Source: Chiloscyllium plagiosum (lineage: Eukaryota). Taken from it: a DNA stretch of 64,000 nt. The stretch's first letter is position 1; each line of letters starts with the position of its first letter. A program made the translations under genes and the position numbers. This document shows positions 52,132 to 63,975 of the stretch, piece by piece. The stretch is taken from assembly GCF_004010195.1 (NCBI RefSeq), contig NC_057756.1:2140020-2204019 (forward strand), given 5' to 3'. The notes under the pieces were generated by a model, which did not search any database, had not been told where the DNA came from, and was given only the letters and a program-made list of their open reading frames with translations.

Positions 52132-52167
52132 ATTCCTGAAGAAGGGCCTGTGCCCGAAACGTCGAAT
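52132..52167 (+). ncRNA. Minimal type-I hammerhead ribozyme motif of the PLE pLTR (further copies: inverted at about 51881-51916, at about 5636-5669, inverted at about 34752-34786)
   Basis: ATTC-CTGAAGA-A-GGGC(CTGT)GCCC-GAAAC-GTC-GAAT gives stem I ATTC/GAAT, core CUGANGA plus one extra A, stem II, GAAA, loopless palindromic ACGT stem III and a GUC cleavage triplet. Confidence 0.65.
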
Positions 52168-53099
52168 CTCCTGTTCCCTGGATGCTGCCTGACCTGCTGT
52201 GCTGTTCCAGCAATAAAGTTTCAACTTTGATATCCAAATGAATCCAACAAGAACTGGACCAAGCATATGTGGTACTCATAATCTTCTTCATCCTAAGTAT
52301 ACGCATGATTTTACTACAACTGCTAAGTATTTCATCAGTAATATTTTCAGCAACATAACACAAAACATCGCAGATAAGAAAAACTGCAGCATATTAACAT
52401 GCCAAATTTCCCCTAAAGTAAATGCATTAAAATTCCATCAAATTTGACAATATTGTTATGTATTTGGCTTTAAGGGGTTAACACGTAGGGGGTTCCATAC
52501 AACAGCCAAGCAGGGTGAGATCAATAGTTGTGATGTTGAGAAGATATGCTCTTCTTCATTAGGGTAAATAAAACCACAGAAAGTAGACAAAATCAAACAC
52601 AAAATATTGCTGAGGAAAGGAGTGAACAAAGACAGAAATGGGAACTATTTAAATGTAAATCTATGATTCGCTCCAGTAATAATATCTAACAATATTCAAT
52701 ATCTAGGATCATACCAAAAGAGTACTTTGAAGTATTAAAGGGATTTTCTGCTATCTAGTGATCTCTGAGGCATGAAGTTTCCCTTTCTTGATATGTGCAA
52801 GATCAAGACAAACACTAGGCATACAGTAACAGTGATATCACCGCAGGGAGTTGGCAGCCAATTACACTGAAGTATTCTCAAACAGCAAATCAGAAAGTAA
52901 AATGCAGTAAAATCTTCTACTCAATTAAAATTTCCACAGAGTAAATACAAATCATCAGTGATACACATGGGATTAAAGTAGCTGAAATATCATAACTTTT
53001 TTTTAAATTTGAAAAAAACATTATTGCCATAATAATGGCAAAAAAGCATCCCAGTGATATAACATTAGATTTCTATGAGTAACTATTGAGTTATTAAAA

Positions 53100-53300
53100 T
53101 TAAATTGCATTTATATAGTAACTGTTATGGCCACAGAAAGATCCAAAATGCTTTACAGCCAATAAAGTACTTTGGAAGTACAGTCAGTGTTGACACATAG
53201 CAGGCAATTTACATGTAGCAAGCTCCCACAAAAAGAAATGCTGTACTAATTATTGAAAAAATATTGACTATGACACCTGGAACAACTTTCTCATCAGTGG
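53100..53300 (-). mobile_element. Old DeuSINE (SacSINE1-like) remnant inside the captured DNA
   Basis: ttgcatttatatag, gctttacagccaataaagtactttggaagt and agcaagctcccaca match the reverse complement of the Deu domain and tail. Confidence 0.7.
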
Positions 53301-53954
53301 TGAGGTTCTGGAACCCACGAGTTCAAAGGGTAATACAGGCAAAAACCATAATCACATTAAAACATGCGGTGGAACAGTCAATGGGTTTAGGAATGGGGTA
53401 GTCAGGTTTGTGGATTTTGGGCAGGAGGTAGAAACGGGCGGTGCGGGGTTGTGGGACTATGAGATTGGAGGCGGTGGATGGGAGGTCCCCTGAGGTGATG
53501 AGGTTATGGATGGAATTCCAGCAATTCCAGGAATTGCTACGAGTACTGCATGTTTTTGTCCCACTTAGACAAGGAATGAATTATAGGGCAAAGGGACTTT
53601 AGTTGACAAGAGATGTGGAAACTCTCGTCAAGAGGAAGGTGCAAGCTAACTTGAGGTCAAGGAAGCAAGGATCAGACAGGGCACCAAAGGGTTAAAAAGG
53701 AACCACGAAGGAAAGTATTTATCAGTAAGTTTCAAGTCGGGGTGGGCATTTTTTAAAAAAAGGATGCTGAGAGACGGGATTTATGTTTGTTTGGGAATGC
53801 ATAATTTGATTAGAGATAGTTTGCATGGCTTTGTGATGGGAAGGTCATACCTCATAAGGTTTTTTGAATAATTTGAGGATGTGACAAAATGCATTGATGA
53901 TAGTAGAATGGTATATGAGTTGTATATGGATTTTAAGAGGCACTTGTTACAGTT

Positions 53955-56900
53955 AGAACATAGAACATAGAACAGTACAGCACAGAACAGGCCTTTCAGC
54001 CCATGATGTTGTGCCGAACATTGATCCTCATGTGAGGTAAACCTAATGTACGAACCCTCAAATTTCTGTGACCATATGCATGTCCAGCAGTCTCTAAAAT
54101 ATCCCCACAACTGCTGCTGGCAACGCATTCCATGCTCTCACAAATCTCTGCGTGAAGAACCCGCCTCTGACATACCCTCTATACTTTCCGCCAAACAGCT
54201 TAAAACTATGACCTCTCGTGTGAACAATTTTTTTCCTGGGAAAAAGTTTCTGGCTATCAATTCCATATATGCCACTCATTATCTTGTACGCCCCAATTAT
54301 TTCCCCTCACTTCCTTCTTTTTTCTAATGAAAACAGTCCGAACTCAGTCAGCCTCTCTTCATAAGATAAGCCCTCCATTCCAGGCAGCATTCTGGTAAAC
54401 ATCCTCCGAAACTTCTCCAAAGCATCCACATCTTTCCTATAATGGGGCGACCAGAACTGGACACAGGATTCAAAGTGCCGTCCAACCAAAGTTTTTTTAG
54501 AGCTGCAACAAATCTCGCGGCTCTTAAACTCAATCCCCCTGTTAATGAAAGCCAAAACACCATATTCTTTCTTAACAACCTTGTCCACCTGGGCAGCAAT
54601 TTTAAGGGATCTATGTTCCACCACACTGCCAAGAATCCTGTATTTAACCGTGTACTCAACTTCACGTTTGACATTCCAAAATACATCACTTCGCAGTTAT
54701 CCAGGTTGAACTCCATCTGCTACCTCTCAGCCCATCTCTGCATCCTGTCAATATCACGCTGCAGCCTACAACAGTCCTCTACACTGTCAACGAGACCTCC
54801 AAACTTTGTGTCATCTGCAAACTTGTTAACCCATCCTTCAATCTCCTCATCCAAGTCATTAATAAATATTACAAAGAGTAGAGGCCAATGAACGGAGCCC
54901 TGTGGAACACCACTCACAACTGACTTTCAGGCAGAATATTTTCCTTCCACTACCACTCGCTGTCGACCAGCTAATTCTGTATCCAGACAGCTAAATTTCC
55001 CTGTATCCCATTCCTCCTGACCTTCTGAACGAGCCGACCATGGGGAACCTTATCAAATGCGTTGCTGAGGTCCATACACACCACATCTACCGCTCGACTC
55101 TCATTAACTTGTTTAGTACCATCCTCAAAGAACTCAATAAGATTTGTGAGGCATGAGCTGCCCCTCAAAAAGCAGTGCTGACTGCCTTTAATCAAGCCAT
55201 GCTCTTCCAGATGTTCATAAATCCTATCCCTCAGATTCCTTTCTAACACCTTGCAGACGACAGACGTGAGACTGACTGGTCTGTAATTTCCGGGAATTTC
55301 CCTCTTTCCTTTCTTGAAGAGAGGAATTACGTTTGCGTCCCTCCAGTCTTCAGGTACGACTTCGGTGGAGAGCGAGGATGCAAGGATCTTCCCAAGCGGC
55401 GAAGCAATCACATTTCTCGCTTCCTAAAGCAGCCGAGGACAAAGTTGATCTGCACTTGCGACTTGTTAATCTTAATGTTTGTCAAAAGTTTCAATGCATC
55501 AACTTCCTCAATCACTATCTGTTCCAGCATGCTTACCTGCCCCTCAATTCACTACAAGGTCATTTTCTTTAGTAAAGACACAAGCAAAAAAAACTCATTT
55601 AGGGTTTCCCCTATCTCCTCGACTCTATACACAAGTTCCATATGCTATCCCTGATCGGCCCTATTCTTTCTTTGATCATTATCTTATTCCTAACATACGT
55701 GTAAAATGCCTGTGAATTCTCCCTAATCCTTCCTGCCAAGCCTTTATTGTTCCCCCTCCTGGCTCCCTTCAGACCATTTTTGAGATCTTTCCTCGCCTGC
55801 CTGTCATCCTCTATAGCAGATCAAGACCCTTGCTTCCTCCAACTTACATAAGCTGCCTTCTTTCTTTTGACGAGAAGCTCCTCCGCTCTTGTCATCCAAG
55901 GTTCCTTTATATTACCCATTCTTGCCTGTCTCAGAAGAACACATTTGTGCATCACTCGCAACAACTGTTCCTTAAACAGTCTACACATGTCGAGAGTACC
56001 CTTTCCATGGAAGAATTGTTCCCAGTCCATGCTTCCCAACTCACGTCTGATAGTATCATATTTTCCTTTTCCCCAATTAAATATCCTCCCATTGTGCCTG
56101 CTTCTCTCCTTCTCCATATCTATGTAGAATGTGAGACAGTTATGGTCACTATCACCAAAATGCTCTCCCAGCGCAAGATCTGATAACTTCCCCAGCTCAT
56201 TGCCGAACACCAAATCCAAAATGACCTCTCCCCTCGTCGGCCTGTCAATGTATTCAGTTAGGAAACCCTCCTGAACACACCTTACAAAAACAGTTCCTTC
56301 CAAACCATCTGCTCGATGTAGGTTACAATCAATATTTGGAAATTTAAAGTCACCCATTACAACAACCCTACTACATTCACACTTTTCCAAACTCTGCCGA
56401 CCTATGCTTTCTTCAATCTCCCTGCAGCTATTGGGGGAGGGGGGGCGTTTTTAGTAAAGCCCTAATGAGGTGACTGCTCCCTTACTGTTCCTAATGTCCA
56501 CTCACACTGACTCAGTCGGCAGACCCTCCTCGACAATGGTAACTTCTGTAGCTGCGATACCCTCTCTGAATAGCAGTGCTACATCCCTCCTCTTTCCCCC
56601 CCTCCCTATTCTTTTTAAATGTTCTAAACCCTGGAACACCCAGCAACCATCCTGCCCCTGAGAAACCCACGTCTCTTTTATGGCCACAACATCATAGCAC
56701 CAAGTACTGATGTATGCTCTAAGCTCATCACTTTTATTCCAGATACTCCTTGCATTAAAGCAAACAAACTTTAACCGATCCCTTGGTTCTTTCCGAGGAA
56801 GTTCCTTCCCAGTGGTTGCGCTTCCTCTTGGTATTGCCACATCTCCATCAACTCTCACAACTGGTATAGAGCTCAGGTTCCCAACCCCCTGCCATACTAG

Positions 56901-57020
56901 GTTAAACACTCCTGAACAACTCAAGCAAGCCTTCCACCCAGGAAATTGGTCCCTTTCCAGTTCAGGTGCAACCCGTCCCTCATGTACAGGTCCCACCTTC
57001 CCCAGAAGGCATCCCAATTA
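53955..57020 (-). mobile_element. CR1 LINE, 5'-truncated in ORF1, moderately young, nested in the older CR1
   Basis: ORF1 DGLHLNWKGTN; ORF2 FNARSIWNK..DVVAIKETW, VVMGDF, PEDWRDANVIPLFKKG..GNYRPVSLTS, SGVPQGSV..KFADDTK; tail (TTCTATG)n at about 53955. Confidence 0.95.
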
Positions 57021-57728
57021 TCTACCATGGAATCGTCATTCAGAATGTAAGGAGACATGCGATACAGGGAAATTTGCCTGGATTGATACAGAATTCGTTG
57101 ACCCATAGAAGTCAGAGTTTGGGAATAGATGGAAAGTATTCGTCAAAGAGCTCATTTACCAGTGATGCTCCTTCGGGATCTGTCCTGGGACCTCTGCTCT
57201 TTGGGATCTTTATAAATGACTTGGATGAATATGTGAAACCGTGTGTAAGTAAACTTTCCGATGCCATTAATGTTGGTGGAGTTGTCGATAGTGTGGATGG
57301 ATGTTGTAGGTTGCAACGGGAGATTGGCAGAATGCAGAGCTGCGCTGAGAAGTGGCAGATGAAGTTCAAATTTTAAAATTGCATCGTGATACATTTCGGA
57401 AGATCGAATTTGAATATAGATTAGAGGAGTAAAGTTCGGATATTTGGCAGAATCGTGGAACAGACTGATCATGTGGTTGCTGTATCTAAATCCACGAATT
57501 TCCGTCCCAGCTTGATAGGACTGTTAAGAAGGAAAACCATTAGCTGGATTGTTGGATGCAAGGGCCAAGAATGTATGCTGCATCTCCATAAAGCCCAAGT
57601 CAGACCACACTTGGAATATTGTGTTCAGTTCTATCGTTTCATTTTTGGAAATATGTGGAAGCTTTCAAGAGAGTGTGGAGGAGATTTTCCAGGGTACTAA
57701 CTGGACTGGAGGGCATGTCATATGAAGA

Positions 57729-60700
57729 AATAGACAATAGACAAAAGGTGCAGGAGTAGGCCATTCTGCCCTTCAAGCCAGCACCACTATTCATTATGAT
57801 CATGGCTGATCATCCGCAATCTGTATCCTGTTCCTGCCTTACTCCCATATCCCTTGATTCCATTATCCTTAAGAGCTCTATCCACCTCTTTCTTGAAACT
57901 ATCCAGAAATGTGGCCTCCACATCCTTCTGGGGCAGAGCATTTCATGCACCCACCACTCTCTGGGTGAAGAAGTTCTTGCTCAACTCTGTTTAAGTGACC
58001 TATCCCTTATTTTTAAACTGTGTCCTTTGGTTGGTTTGGGTCTCACCCATCAGCGGAAACATGTTTCCAGCCTCCAGAGTAACCAATACTTTAATAATCT
58101 TATACGTCTCAATCATATCCCCTCTTAGCCTTCTGAACTCAAGCGTATTCAAGCCCAGTCGCTCCAATCTTTCAGTGTAAGATAGTCCCGCCAATCCAGG
58201 AATCGACCTCTTGAAACTACGCTGCACTCCCTCAAAATCCCGAATGTCTTTCCTCAAATTTGGTGACCAATTCTGCGCACAATATTCCAGGTGTGGTCTC
58301 ACAAGGGCACTGTACAGCTGCAGAAGGACCTCTTTGCTTCTATACTCAATTCCTCCTGTTATAAAGGCCAGCGTGCTATTAGCTTTCTTCACTGCCTGTT
58401 GTACCTGCATGCTTGCTTTCATTGACTGATGCAGAAGAATACCGAGATCTCGCTGTACTGCCCCTTTACCTAACTTGACTCCATTTAGGTAGTAATCTCC
58501 CCTGTTTTTGCCACCAAAGTGGATAACCACACATTTATCAATAGTAAACTGCATCTGCCATGCATCCGTCCACTCACCCAGCCTGTCCAGGTCACTCTGT
58601 ATACTCCTAATATCCTCCTTACATTTCACCCTGCCACCTAGCTTTGTGTCGTCAGCAAATTTGTTAATATTACTTTTAATATCTTCATCTATATCATTAA
58701 TGTACATTACAAAAAGCTGCGGTCCCAGCACTGATTCCAATGGCACACCACTGGTCACCGCCTGCCATTCCAAAAGGGAGCAGTTTATCACTACTCTTTG
58801 TTCCCTGTCAGCCAGCCAATGTCCACTCCATGTCAGAATTTTGCCCCTAATACCATGTACACTAATTTTGATCACTAACCTCCTATGTGGGACTTTATCA
58901 CAGGCTTTCTGAAAGTCCAGGTATGCTACATCCACTGTATCTCCTTTGTCTATCTTCAGAGTTACATCCTCAATAAATTCCAGAAGATTAGTAAAGCATA
59001 ATGTTCCCTTCATAAATCCCTGCTGACTCTGACCTATCCTGTTACTGCTATCCAGATGTGTCGTAATTTCGTCCTTTATAATTGACTCCAGCAGTTTTCC
59101 CATCACTGAGGTCAGACTAACTGGTTGATAATTCTCTGTTTTCTCTCTCCCTCCTTTCTTAAAAAGTGGGACAACATTAACCACCCTCCAATACGCAGGA
59201 ACTGATCCTGAATCTTTAGAACATTGGACAATGATCACGAATGCACCCACGATTTCTAGAGCTACCTCCTTCAGTACATTGGGATGCAGACCATCAGGTC
59301 CCGTGGACGAATCAGACTTCAGACCTAACAGTCTCTCCAACACCATTTCCTACCTAATATAAATTCTCTTCAGTTCATGTCCTTCAGCCACTATTGCATC
59401 TGGGAGATTGCTCGTGCCTTCCCCAGTGAAGACAGATCTAAAGTACCAATTCATCTCTTCTGCCATTTCTTTGTTCCCGTGATAAATTCACCCGTTTCTG
59501 TCTTCAAGGGGCCAATTTTAGTCTTAACTACTTTGTTTTTCTTTTCACATACCGAAAAAAGCCTTTACTATGCTTCTTTACATTTTTGGCCAGTTTACCT
59601 TCGTACCTTATTTTTTCTTTGCATATTTCATTTTTAGTAAGCGTCTGTTGTGCTTTAAAAGCTTCCCGGTCCTCCAATTTCTCACTCATCTTTGCTATGC
59701 TATACTTTTTCCCTTTTGTCTTTATATGGTCCTTAAATTCCCTCGTCAGCCACAGCCAATCCCTCCCTCCCCTGAGGTTCTTTCTTCATTTTGGAATGAA
59801 CTGATCCTGTGTCTTCTGCATTATACCCAGAAAGACCTGCCATTGTTTTTACCGCTGCCATCCCTGCTAGGCTATTGCACCATTGATCTTTTACCAGATC
59901 CTCCCTCATAGCTCCATATTTTCCCTTATTCAACTGAAATATTGTCACTTCCGATTCTACCCTTTCCATTTCAAACTGCAGATTAAAGCTTATTGTATTG
60001 CGGTCACTACCTTCTAATGGCTCCTTTACTTCGAGGTCCCTGATCAAATCCGTTTCGTTGCCCAACACCAGATCCATAATTGCTTTCACCCTGGTAGGCT
60101 ACAGCACAAGCTGTTCTAAGAATCCATCTCGGTGGCACTCCACCATCTCCCTTTCTTGCGGTCCAGTACCATCTTGATTCTCCCAGACTACCTGCATGTT
60201 GAAATCCCCAAAACAACTGTAGTAATATCTTTGCAACAGGCCAATTTCAGCTCCTTATTCAACTTACACACTACATCCAGGCTACTGTTTGGGGGCCGGT
60301 AGATAACTCCCAGTAGGGTCTTTCTACCTTTCTAATTTCTCAGCTCTATCCATACTGACTCTACATCCCCTGATTCTAGGTCCCCCTGCGCAAGCGACTG
60401 CATATCATTCCTTACCAACGGGGCCATCCCACTCCTCTGCCAGTCAGTCTGTCCTTACGATAGCACGCATAGCTTTGAATATTCATTAACCAGACCCTAT
60501 CCACTTGAAGCCACGTCTCTGTTATCCCCTCAACATCGTAACTGCCAATTGCAAAATGAGCCTCAAGCTCATCTATCTTATTTCTAATGCTTCGTGCATT
60601 CATATATCATATTTTTAATTTGTTACTCCCCTCACCCTTCCTATCAATCCCTATTTCACTTGAACTTACGGCATGATCCTTTTATGAGTTTTCTGCTTCA

Positions 60701-60768
60701 TTGATTCCGTTGTATTTCTTGACTTCTCTTGTTCTAACTTTCCCTTTAACTTCCTTCTTAAACCTCCA
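57729..60768 (-). mobile_element. CR1 LINE ORF2 (second subfamily), young, nested in the older CR1
   Basis: ORF 60412 NARSIRNKIDEL..GITETWL; ORF 59733 DLVLGNE..EPLEGSDRN; 448-aa RT ORF; tail (CTATTGT)n at about 57730. Confidence 0.95.
58000..59346 (-). CDS. CR1 ORF2 reverse-transcriptase domain, open 448-aa frame inside an otherwise disrupted element
   Basis: GPDGLHP, PLFKKG, PVSLTS, YLDFQKACDKVPH, SGVPLESVLGP, KFADDTKLGG, LVRPHLEYCA. Confidence 0.85.
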   Translation of the reverse strand: MVLERLLGLKSDSSTGPDGLHPNVLKEVALEIVGAFVIIVQCSKDSGSVPAYWRVVNVVPLFKKGGREKTENYQPVSLTSVMGKLLESIIKDEITTHLDSSNRIGQSQQGFMKGTLCFTNLLEFIEDVTLKIDKGDTVDVAYLDFQKACDKVPHRRLVIKISVHGIRGKILTWSGHWLADREQRVVINCSLLEWQAVTSGVPLESVLGPQLFVMYINDIDEDIKSNINKFADDTKLGGRVKCKEDIRSIQSDLDRLGEWTDAWQMQFTIDKCVVIHFGGKNRGDYYLNGVKLGKGAVQRDLGILLHQSMKASMQVQQAVKKANSTLAFITGGIEYRSKEVLLQLYSALVRPHLEYCAQNWSPNLRKDIRDFEGVQRSFKRSIPGLAGLSYTERLERLGLNTLEFRRLRGDMIETYKIIKVLVTLEAGNMFPLMGETQTNQRTQFKNKG

Positions 60769-61329
60769 GTTTGAGGGAGCTGGAGCCTTTCCCATTGGAG
60801 AGAGCAAGGATGAGGCGTGATTGTTGGAGGTGTGGAAGATGATGAGAGACATAGTTAGACTCATAGCGCTGAAATGGTTATCAAGAGTGGAAATAACTGT
60901 AAGATGTTTGGAAGTATATTTAAGGGACGTATCAGAGACGGATTATTTTTATTTTTTAGACAGGAAGTCGTGGATGCATGGAGGTCTTTTGCCAAAAACT
61001 TCGGTTTTCCTGCTTCTCAGATGCTGGCTGACCTACTGAGATTTTCCAGCAACACGCTATCCACTGATATACATTGGGGACAACTAAGCGACTCGCAGAT
61101 TGACACATAGATGCTAGTAATATGATGGGTGCGTTATTTAGAGTGATCGAAGAGTAGGATAAATGGTCAGGACAACAACATAGACCGAAGAGCTGCTAAT
61201 GTGTGGTACTGTTCTGTGTGCTAACATGTCCTAGGAGTTTTCCAACCCTTGGTTTTCAAAAATATCATCGTATCAATAGGTGATGTGATTCAGCTCTCTC
61301 TCTGCTCACGCAATTTTTCCTTCACAGTA

Positions 61330-63975
61330 TCACACTCTTTATGCATATGCATTTACTATTCCTTATTCTCCTTTCAACATTTCGATTCCAATGTGTTTTG
61401 TCACTCGTTATCCTTGCAGCGAGGCAGTATCGGTGGTGTGTAGGGATCAGAATGGTGACATCACGAAGTTGAGAGTGCTCTATACAGTTTTAAACAGTAC
61501 ACGGGAGACAGACGAGCAGATACCTCTTCAGATTCTGCAATGGCGTGAATAAAGCAGCTTAGTTCTGTTCGGTGACTTCAACTTCCTTCTTATTGATTGT
61601 GACTGTGTTAATGTCATATGGTAGACTGGGATGTAATTTGTTAGCTGCATCCAGAATTACTTATTTGGAGACAGTACGATGACAATCCAAACAAATAGGA
61701 GGCCATATTATATTTGGCGCATTGGGATTTGCCAGTTCAAGTGATTGATATTTCAGTAGCACTATTTGGACTTAGAGCCCATAAGTGGACAAGGGCAAGA
61801 GTGACATTTGGTGGAAGGTACTTAATTTGGCAAGGGCCAATAACATTAAAAAGTGTCAGTAAATAGCGAATGAGAATTGGAAGCCGTTATTTGAACACAG
61901 ATCTTGGTCTGGCATGTAGGAAGTCTTTTAAAGACAAGTTCGTTGAAGTGCAGGACGTGCATGTCCCTGTAATTCGGAAAGATAGGAGTGGCAGTACTCA
62001 GGAAGCATGAATGACAAGTGAAGTTGTGAACTTAGACAAAAGGAAAAACAAAACGTCATAGGATAGCTCTGGGCTACTACAAACTCACAAAACTTTTCAA
62101 GAGTATCGCGAAATTAGTAAGGAACATAAACGTGGAATTCGATAGTCTTAAGGGAGCATGGAATGTATTTTGCAAACACGATCAAGGAGAATCCTAGGGA
62201 TGCTGACATATATATTAGAAGAAAGACGATGGCAAAAAAAAGTAGACCCACTCAAGGACAAAAGACCGAGATTCTGAATGGTGCCGCAGGAAATAGGAGA
62301 GTTCCTTAATTAGTACTTTATATATATATTCATGAAGGACAAGGAGATAACGGATGTTGCAGTCAGGACTGTGTTTATGAATACTCGGGAGAAGGTCACT
62401 ATATTAAAAGAGGAATTTTGGGATCTCCTAAAATTCATTAAGTTTGACACGTCCCCAGAGCCACATGAAATCTATCCCAGGTTCTGTGGGAGGCAAGTGA
62501 GGAAATTCTTGCGGCATTGCCACGTATTTGCGAATTGTCTTTGACTAAAAGCGACGTTGCAGAGGATTGCGGGTTGGACAACATTCTTACCTTGCTGAAG
62601 AAAGAAGCAGGGATAATCCATTCATGCATAGGCTTTAAAACCTGATATATGTCGTTGAAAAGCTCCTGGGAAAAAAAAGAGGGATAATATCTATGCACAT
62701 CCGAAATAATATGGACGGCTTAATGACTGGCAGCATGCTTTTAAATGGGCAAGGTCATGTCTCACAAACCTGATTGAATTTTATAAACAGTCGACTAAAA
62801 TACATAATGAGCCAAGGTGAGTAGACATAGTTTCTATGGCCTTGATGGAGTCGCACATGTCAGATTGGCAAAATCACTAAAATCACCTGGAATCCGGAGA
62901 AGTCTGACTGGCTGGATACTAACCTGTCTGCGTTAAAGAAGACTGAGGGTACTGGATGAAGGTTTTTTTTAAATGGAGACCGCTAAATAGTGTTGTTCCA
63001 GAAGGCTTGGTCTTAAGACCTCTGCTGTTGTAGTATAGAAATAAATAATCTGGAGGAAATTGTGGTAGTTTCATTCGTACGTTTGCAGATTACACGAAGA
63101 TTGGTGGAGTTGCTGATAGTGCCAACGAATGCAAAAGGATACAACAGGATAGAAATAATTCGGCGACCAGTCCCAGAAATTTCAGATCGAGTTTAATCCT
63201 GGCAAATGCGAGCTGATGCGGTTTAGAGAATAACATAGAGGTGTAAATTGTATTGTAAACGGCATATTCCTTCGGAACATTAACATGCAGACAGGTTTGG
63301 GTTTGCTTGTCCGCAGTTCCATAAAGGTGGCAACGCAGGTAGCCAATGTGATTGGGAAGGCAGAAGGCATGCTTACTTTCATCATTCGGGCATGGAATGC
63401 AAGAGTTGAAAAAACATGTTGAAACTATACCAAAGCCATGTTACGCCGAATTTGACACTTTTATACAGTGTTTGTTGCCACATTACCAGAAGAATGTGGG
63501 AGCTGTGGACAGGATGAAGAGAAGATTCAACAGGATGTTGCCTGGTCTCCAGAGCACTGGTTCAGAGGAAATGTTAAAAAAGCCGAATTTAGTTTCACTA
63601 GAAAGACAGCGGCTGGGATGAGATCTGAGAGCAATCCACAATATTATGATAGGCATAGACAGGATGGATAATCAGAAGGCTTGCCTGAGCTTTAAAATTT
63701 CAGTTACAAGGGACGTAGATTTAAGGTAAGAAGGAGAATTTTATGGGAGATGTGCGAGGAACATTGCTCATGCAAAGAGTCGTAGCAACATGGATCGCAA
63801 TGCCAACAGAAGTGGTGAAAAGAACCACATGCACCGTATTTAAGAGGCATGTCGGTGGTTATATGAATATTGGGGGAATAGAGCTATAAAATCCGATTAC
63901 AGGCAGATGCTTAAATTTTAGTTTCGGTAGGACATGCAGCTCAGCACAAGCATGGAGGGCCGTTGTCCTATAAAT
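61330..63975 (+). mobile_element. Decayed CR1 ORF2 with 3' end
   Basis: GDFN at about 61570; SPEPHEIYPR; CLTNLIEF (about 62760); FADYTKIGG (about 63085); PHYQKNVGAVDRMKRRFNRMLPGL. Confidence 0.88.

Larger units (their letters stand above)
51789..53528 (-). mobile_element. Composite Penelope insertion: pLTR, inverted pLTR, about 1.1 kb foreign DNA, PLE RT fragment; 15-bp TSD
   Basis: TSD AGGAATTGCTACGAG at 51774-51788 and 53529-53543; 172-bp inverted arms at 51817-51988 and 52060-52231 with 1 mismatch; 53390-53512(-) encodes IHNLITSGDLPSTASNLIVPQPRTARFYLLPKIHKPD. Confidence 0.92.
50060..61230 (+). mobile_element. Old near-full-length CR1 LINE (ORF1 esterase and ORF2) broken by nested insertions; pieces at about 50060-51788, 53529-53954, 57022-57729 and 60770-61230
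   Basis: ORF1 VIGD motif at about 50368; ORF2 FNAR (about 51005), NRPPHSNRDMEKLI..DDFNF; SLHGFVMGRS (about 53820); PSGSVLGPLLF (about 57170); PHLEYCVQF (about 57605); tail at about 61200; pieces are colinear across the insertions. Confidence 0.85.

Noticed and set aside
51817..52231. Long inverted repeat read as a DNA-transposon MITE or a miRNA precursor
   Set aside because: The arms are homologous to the 3' end of the RT/GIY-YIG Penelope element at 38115-39745, are asymmetric relative to the TSD, and the TSD length varies among copies.
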